Shown here: in pieces, positions 59,915 through 64,000 of the stretch
Position numbering within the stretch: position 1 is the first letter of the stretch
How the letters are laid out: each line of letters begins with the position of its first letter
Origin: an uncultured Lactobacillales bacterium
GTDB lineage: Bacteria; Pseudomonadota; Alphaproteobacteria; CAAHEQ01; UBA3637
Assembly (NCBI GenBank): GCA_964414185.1
Contig: CAYPVK010000002.1
Location: 82,296 to 146,295 of the forward strand
Length of the DNA stretch: 64,000 nt
Direction of reading: 5' to 3'
The notes under the pieces: model-generated
The model's database searches: none
Told to the model about the DNA's origin: nothing
Seen by the model: only the letters and a program-made list of their open reading frames with translations
Made by a program: the position numbers and the translations under genes

Positions 59915-61036
59915 ATGGGGTTTGTTTATAAACTGCAGTTGAAAATTTCAAGCGCTTACCGCAGTTTGGATAAAGGGCTTTTAAATGCTGCGTTTATATT
60001 GTTGTTATTCGGTTTGTTTTTGACGTTTGCGGCCAGTCCCGGCGTCGCCGAACGCAACCATATTCATCCGTACCATTTCATTAAACGCCAGCTTGTTTTT
60101 ATCGTGCCGGCCGTTGTCGCAATGTTTTTTACCGCCTGCTTATCTTTTCAACAAATCCGTCGGTTGTCGGGCTTAATTTTCTTGGGGGCTTTATTCGGCA
60201 TGGCCTATGTCTTGTTGTTCGGTACCGAAGTCAAAGGCGCCACGCGGTGGATTTACCTGTTCGACGTCGGTATTCAGCCGTCCGAATTTATGAAGCCCGC
60301 TTTTGCCGTTGTGTGCGCTTGGTTATTGGCTTCGGGGCGTTTGATTAAACAATTTCCGGGCTATATGGTATCGGCGCTTATTTATTTAATTGTCGCGGGT
60401 TTGTTGTTTTTGCAGCCCGATATCGGCATGTTGTTTACCGTATCGGCTATTTTCGTCGTCCAATTGTTTTTGTCCGGCATACCGATAATGTTGGTCGGCG
60501 TATTGGGCAGCTTTTTAGTGTTCGTCATGATCGGCGCCTATTTTACGTTGGAACATGTCCATTCGCGCATCGACCGCTTTTTAAATCCGGCAAAAGGCGA
60601 AGCGTACCAAGTTGAAAAATCTCTGGAAACGCTTAAAAATGCCGGCTGGTTCGGCAAAGGCCCCGGCGAAGGCGTCGTCAAATACGAATTGCCCGATGCG
60701 CATACCGATTTCATCATGGCCGTATCGGCCGAAGAATTCGGTTTTATCATCACCGCCATGTTGATTTTGGTCTTTGCGTTTATTATCTTGCGCGGATTTT
60801 GGTTAATGCGCGGGGAAAATAATCTTTTTTGTCAAATTGCCGTCGGCGGATTGTTGACACAAATCGCATTTCAAGCTATTGTAAACATTGGTTCAACGCT
60901 CAATTTGCTGCCGACCAAAGGTATGACCTTGCCGTTTATTTCCTATGGCGGTTCTTCCTTGGTATCCATCGGTTTTGCTTTCGGCGTGATATTGGGGTTG
61001 ACAAGGCGGCATACGTTAAGCAGGGGGTTGGAATAA
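59915..61036 (+). CDS. ftsW: Peptidoglycan glycosyltransferase FtsW (SEDS family)
   Basis: 373 aa and polytopic, with the SEDS motif (PDAHTDFIMAVSAEEFGF...LPFISYGGSS). It directly follows mraY, with no murD between them. Confidence 0.88.
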   Translation: MGFVYKLQLKISSAYRSLDKGLLNAAFILLLFGLFLTFAASPGVAERNHIHPYHFIKRQLVFIVPAVVAMFFTACLSFQQIRRLSGLIFLGALFGMAYVLLFGTEVKGATRWIYLFDVGIQPSEFMKPAFAVVCAWLLASGRLIKQFPGYMVSALIYLIVAGLLFLQPDIGMLFTVSAIFVVQLFLSGIPIMLVGVLGSFLVFVMIGAYFTLEHVHSRIDRFLNPAKGEAYQVEKSLETLKNAGWFGKGPGEGVVKYELPDAHTDFIMAVSAEEFGFIITAMLILVFAFIILRGFWLMRGENNLFCQIAVGGLLTQIAFQAIVNIGSTLNLLPTKGMTLPFISYGGSSLVSIGFAFGVILGLTRRHTLSRGLE

Positions 61037-61199
61037 GGAAATGGTTTTAAAACGGCAATTGGTGTATATGTCGGTTTGTAAGATTTTGTTTCTTGCCGTT
61101 TTAAAATCATTTTTTGAAGCGGCGGCGGCATGTCCGTACGGTCCGATTACGGTATTTATGCCCGTCAAAAGCATAAAGTATTTAAAAGGATAAAAAGAT

Positions 61200-62309
61200 A
61201 TGAATGATAAACGACAAAAGAAACCTTTGGCAATCGTCACAACCGGTGGCAGCGGCGGTCATATTTTCCCGGCCGAAGCCATCAGCCAAGCATTAATCGG
61301 GAAAGGGTTTGATGTTGTCTTTGTCACCGACAAGCGCGGCAAAGCTTTCCAAGGGTTAAAGGGGGTTAAAGTTTATAACCTGATGGCAGAACACGTAATG
61401 GGGCGGTCGTTTTTCGGTAAAATGGCGGGAGCCTTTAAACTTTATTGCGGTGCGATTCAAGCGTTATTTTTGCTCAAGAAATTAAAGCCGGCCGTCGTGG
61501 TCGGTGTGGGCGGCTATGCTTCATTGCCCGCCGTTTTGGCGGCACATTTATGGCACATTCCCGTGGTGCTTCACGAACAAAATGCCGTCTTGGGGCGCGC
61601 CAATCGGGTATTGGCACACAACACACGTTTGATAGCGTTATCATTCGAACCGACGTTGCGTGTGCCGGATGATGTTCGCACGGTGTTGGTCGGTATGCCG
61701 GCTCGTGCCGATGTGTTGGCACGTGCCAATGCACCGTATCCGTTGACGGATGACGGATTCCGGTTGTTGATTTTCGGCGGTTCGCAAGGGGCAAGCTTTT
61801 TTTCAAAACGGTTACCCGAAGCATTTAAATTATTACCCGCCGACATAACGGCCAAAATGCATGTAACGGCTCAGGTACGTGCCGAAGACATGGAAAAAAC
61901 GCAAGAACTTTACAAAGGGATTCCTTTTAAATCCGTCACGTTAAAATCATTTTTTGACAATATGCCCGAATTGATTGAAAAGTCGCACTTGATTATCGGC
62001 CGTGCGGGGGCGTCGACAATTACCGAAGCGGCGATTATCGGCCGTCCCGCCATTTTAATTCCGTTGCCGTCGTCGGCGGATAACCATCAAATGGAAAATG
62101 CCAAACGGTTTTCCGATGCCGGCGCCGGTTGGTTGATGAGCGAAGGGAATTATGAACCCGAAAAATTTGCCGCCCGGTTGGCTCAGATGGTGGGTGAACC
62201 CGAAATTTTATACCAGGCAGGTACTCAAGCGCGCAAAATTGCTTTGCCCGATGCGGCCGAAAAAATGGCGGATGTTGTCGCGGATATTGCGAAAGGAAGC
62301 ATGCGATGA
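61200..62309 (+). CDS. murG: UDP-GlcNAc:lipid I GlcNAc transferase
   Basis: TGGSGGHIFPA is a MurG N-terminus, and the protein has a GT28 fold. Confidence 0.92.
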   Translation: MNDKRQKKPLAIVTTGGSGGHIFPAEAISQALIGKGFDVVFVTDKRGKAFQGLKGVKVYNLMAEHVMGRSFFGKMAGAFKLYCGAIQALFLLKKLKPAVVVGVGGYASLPAVLAAHLWHIPVVLHEQNAVLGRANRVLAHNTRLIALSFEPTLRVPDDVRTVLVGMPARADVLARANAPYPLTDDGFRLLIFGGSQGASFFSKRLPEAFKLLPADITAKMHVTAQVRAEDMEKTQELYKGIPFKSVTLKSFFDNMPELIEKSHLIIGRAGASTITEAAIIGRPAILIPLPSSADNHQMENAKRFSDAGAGWLMSEGNYEPEKFAARLAQMVGEPEILYQAGTQARKIALPDAAEKMADVVADIAKGSMR

Positions 62310-63706
62310 AAATGAAAAACTTACTCCCTTTGAAAAAAGTCCATTTTATCGGTATCGGCGGTATCGGTATGAGTGCCGTCGCCGAAATGTTGGATGAACT
62401 CGGCATAGCGGTGCAAGGATCGGATGCCGCGCAAAGTGCCAATACCGACCGTTTGAAAAAAGAAGGGATTAAAGTTTTCATCGGGCATGATAAAAAGAAT
62501 TTGGACGGTGTTGACAGCGTTGTTGTTTCCACCGCGACGCCTCAAAACAATGTTGAATTGGTTGAAGCCGGCCGCCGTGGTATCCCGGTTGGGCATCGCA
62601 GCGAAATGTTGGCCGAAATTTTGCGTTTTAAACAAAGCATTTGTGTATCGGGCACGCATGGCAAAACAACAACTTCTTCATTGATTGCCAGCATTTTGAT
62701 GCAGGCGCGTTTGCGCCCCAGTTTTGTTATCGGCGGTATTTTAAATTCTCAGCGTTCCAATGCCCGTTTGGGGCGCGGCAGATGGGTTGTGGCTGAAGCT
62801 GACGAATCGGACGGGTCGTTTTTAAAATTGCCGACGACAATTTCGGTTGTGACCAACATTGATGCCGAGCATATGAATTTTTACAAAACTTTCGATAACA
62901 TGAAAAATGCCTATCGCGTTTTTATGAACAACACGGCTTTTTACGGAGCTTGCGTGGCGTGTATCGACCACCCTGTCGTGGCCGAATTGGCGGGGGAAAT
63001 CCAAGGGCGCAAAATCATTACGTACGGGTTGAACAAGAGTGCCGACGTGCATGCCGACCATATTCGGGCCGAAAAAGGGCGTTTGATTTTTGACGTGTTT
63101 GTCCGCAGCGGCGCAAAGTTTAAAAAGATGAAGGATGTCGAACTCAAGATGTTCGGCAAACACAATGTCCAAAATGCTTTGGCGGCCATTGCGGCGGCTT
63201 TGCGCGTCGGCGTGAAAGAAGAACATATCAAAAAAGCATTGAAAAATTTTGAAGGCATTCAACGGCGTTTGACCAAACGCGGCACGGTCGGCGGTGTTGA
63301 CATATATGACGATTACGCTCATCATCCGGCGGAAATAGCGGCAACGTTGGCGGCAGTCAAAGAATCTTTGAACCATGGCGAAAAAGTAATTGCCGTTTTT
63401 CAACCGCACAGGTATTCACGTTTTACCGATTTGTGGAATGAATTTTTGAGTGCGTTTAAAGATGCCGACGCCGTTATCGTAACGGATGTTTACGCTTGCG
63501 GGGAACCTGTCGCGGAAGGGGCAACGAAAGAAGCGTTTGCAAAAGCGTTAAGTGCCGTTCATCCGCAAGTCGCCGTTATGGATGATTTTAACGAGTTGGA
63601 CGGTTTGTTAAAACGGTTTGCCAAAAAACATGATGCCGTTGTAGCGTTGGGTGCAGGCGACATTTCCAAAAAAGTAACACAATTTGTCGAAAGGCGGACA
63701 AGGTAA
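62306..63706 (+). CDS. murC: UDP-N-acetylmuramate--L-alanine ligase
   Basis: It starts HFIGIGGIGMSAVAE and has a P-loop (GTHGKTTTSS). It overlaps the murG stop. Confidence 0.93.
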   Translation: MKMKNLLPLKKVHFIGIGGIGMSAVAEMLDELGIAVQGSDAAQSANTDRLKKEGIKVFIGHDKKNLDGVDSVVVSTATPQNNVELVEAGRRGIPVGHRSEMLAEILRFKQSICVSGTHGKTTTSSLIASILMQARLRPSFVIGGILNSQRSNARLGRGRWVVAEADESDGSFLKLPTTISVVTNIDAEHMNFYKTFDNMKNAYRVFMNNTAFYGACVACIDHPVVAELAGEIQGRKIITYGLNKSADVHADHIRAEKGRLIFDVFVRSGAKFKKMKDVELKMFGKHNVQNALAAIAAALRVGVKEEHIKKALKNFEGIQRRLTKRGTVGGVDIYDDYAHHPAEIAATLAAVKESLNHGEKVIAVFQPHRYSRFTDLWNEFLSAFKDADAVIVTDVYACGEPVAEGATKEAFAKALSAVHPQVAVMDDFNELDGLLKRFAKKHDAVVALGAGDISKKVTQFVERRTR

Positions 63707-63710
63707 CAAA

Positions 63711-64000
63711 ATGAAAAATATTTTTAAAAAAATGTTTAAAAGAAATGTATCGATTATCGATGCAATGCCGCCGTTGAAGGGAAAAGTATATGAAAATCAA
63801 CCGCTGAACAAAAAAAATTGGTTCGGCGTGGGCGGCCCGGCGCAAGTATACGTGGAACCGGCCGATTTAAATGATTTAATCCGTTTGATGCAATTCAAAC
63901 CGCAAGTGCCCGTGACGGTTTTGGGGGCAGGCAGCAATTTGCTCATCCGTGACGGCGGTATTGTCGGCATTACGGTTCATTTAGGTAAAGAATTTTCGAA
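63711..64000 (+). CDS. murB: UDP-N-acetylenolpyruvoylglucosamine reductase MurB. It is 5'-complete and its 3' end runs off the window
   Basis: An ATG at 63711 follows the murC stop. The protein reads ...NWFGVGGPAQVYVEPADLNDL...VTVLGAGSNLLIRDGG, the FAD-binding N-terminus of MurB. Confidence 0.85.
   Translation, partial: MKNIFKKMFKRNVSIIDAMPPLKGKVYENQPLNKKNWFGVGGPAQVYVEPADLNDLIRLMQFKPQVPVTVLGAGSNLLIRDGGIVGITVHLGKEFS

Noticed and set aside
62822-63409. Minus-strand 195-aa ORF inside murC
   Set aside because: It is an antisense shadow of murC.
1-64000. Transposases, integrases, phage genes and restriction-modification or toxin-antitoxin modules
   Set aside because: No ORF showed a DDE, tyrosine-recombinase or serine-recombinase signature, or a small paired ORF typical of toxin-antitoxin systems. 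The window appears free of recognisable mobile elements.

Overview
Contig from a moderate-GC (~45%) Gram-negative bacterium whose gene order is typically alphaproteobacterial. It carries rpsB-tsf-frr-uppS-cdsA-rseP-bamA-skp-lpxD-fabZ-lpxA-lpxI-lpxB, rimP-nusA-ylxR-infB-rbfA-truB-rpsO-pnp, and rsmH-ftsL-ftsI-murE/F-mraY-ftsW-murG-murC-murB. Genes are densely packed and mostly housekeeping, with no rRNA, tRNA, CRISPR or transposase recognised. Between these conserved blocks sit less ordinary elements: an orphan VirB3-VirB4 type IV secretion pair preceded by ~100-bp direct repeats; a leftward four-gene operon (Q/N-rich lipoprotein, ComM, a PAS sensor with no kinase domain, a Cys-motif membrane protein); a flavodiiron protein; a membrane-protein gene split by a frameshift in an A12 tract; an LplT-PlsC-Aas fusion of 1141 aa; a stomatin/NfeD pair where dxr would be expected; an orphan PilT-like ATPase; three tandem divergent GNAT-fold paralogues inserted between rbfA and truB; a secreted Cys-rich repeat protein; an in-frame MurE-MurF fusion; and an absence of murD, mraZ and pyrH from their canonical positions. 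The orphan vir genes and the missing pyrH, dxr and murD suggest a host-associated or intracellular (Rickettsiales/Holosporales-like) lifestyle, but this is inference only. All calls rest on reading the ORF translations and sequence by eye; no database search was possible.
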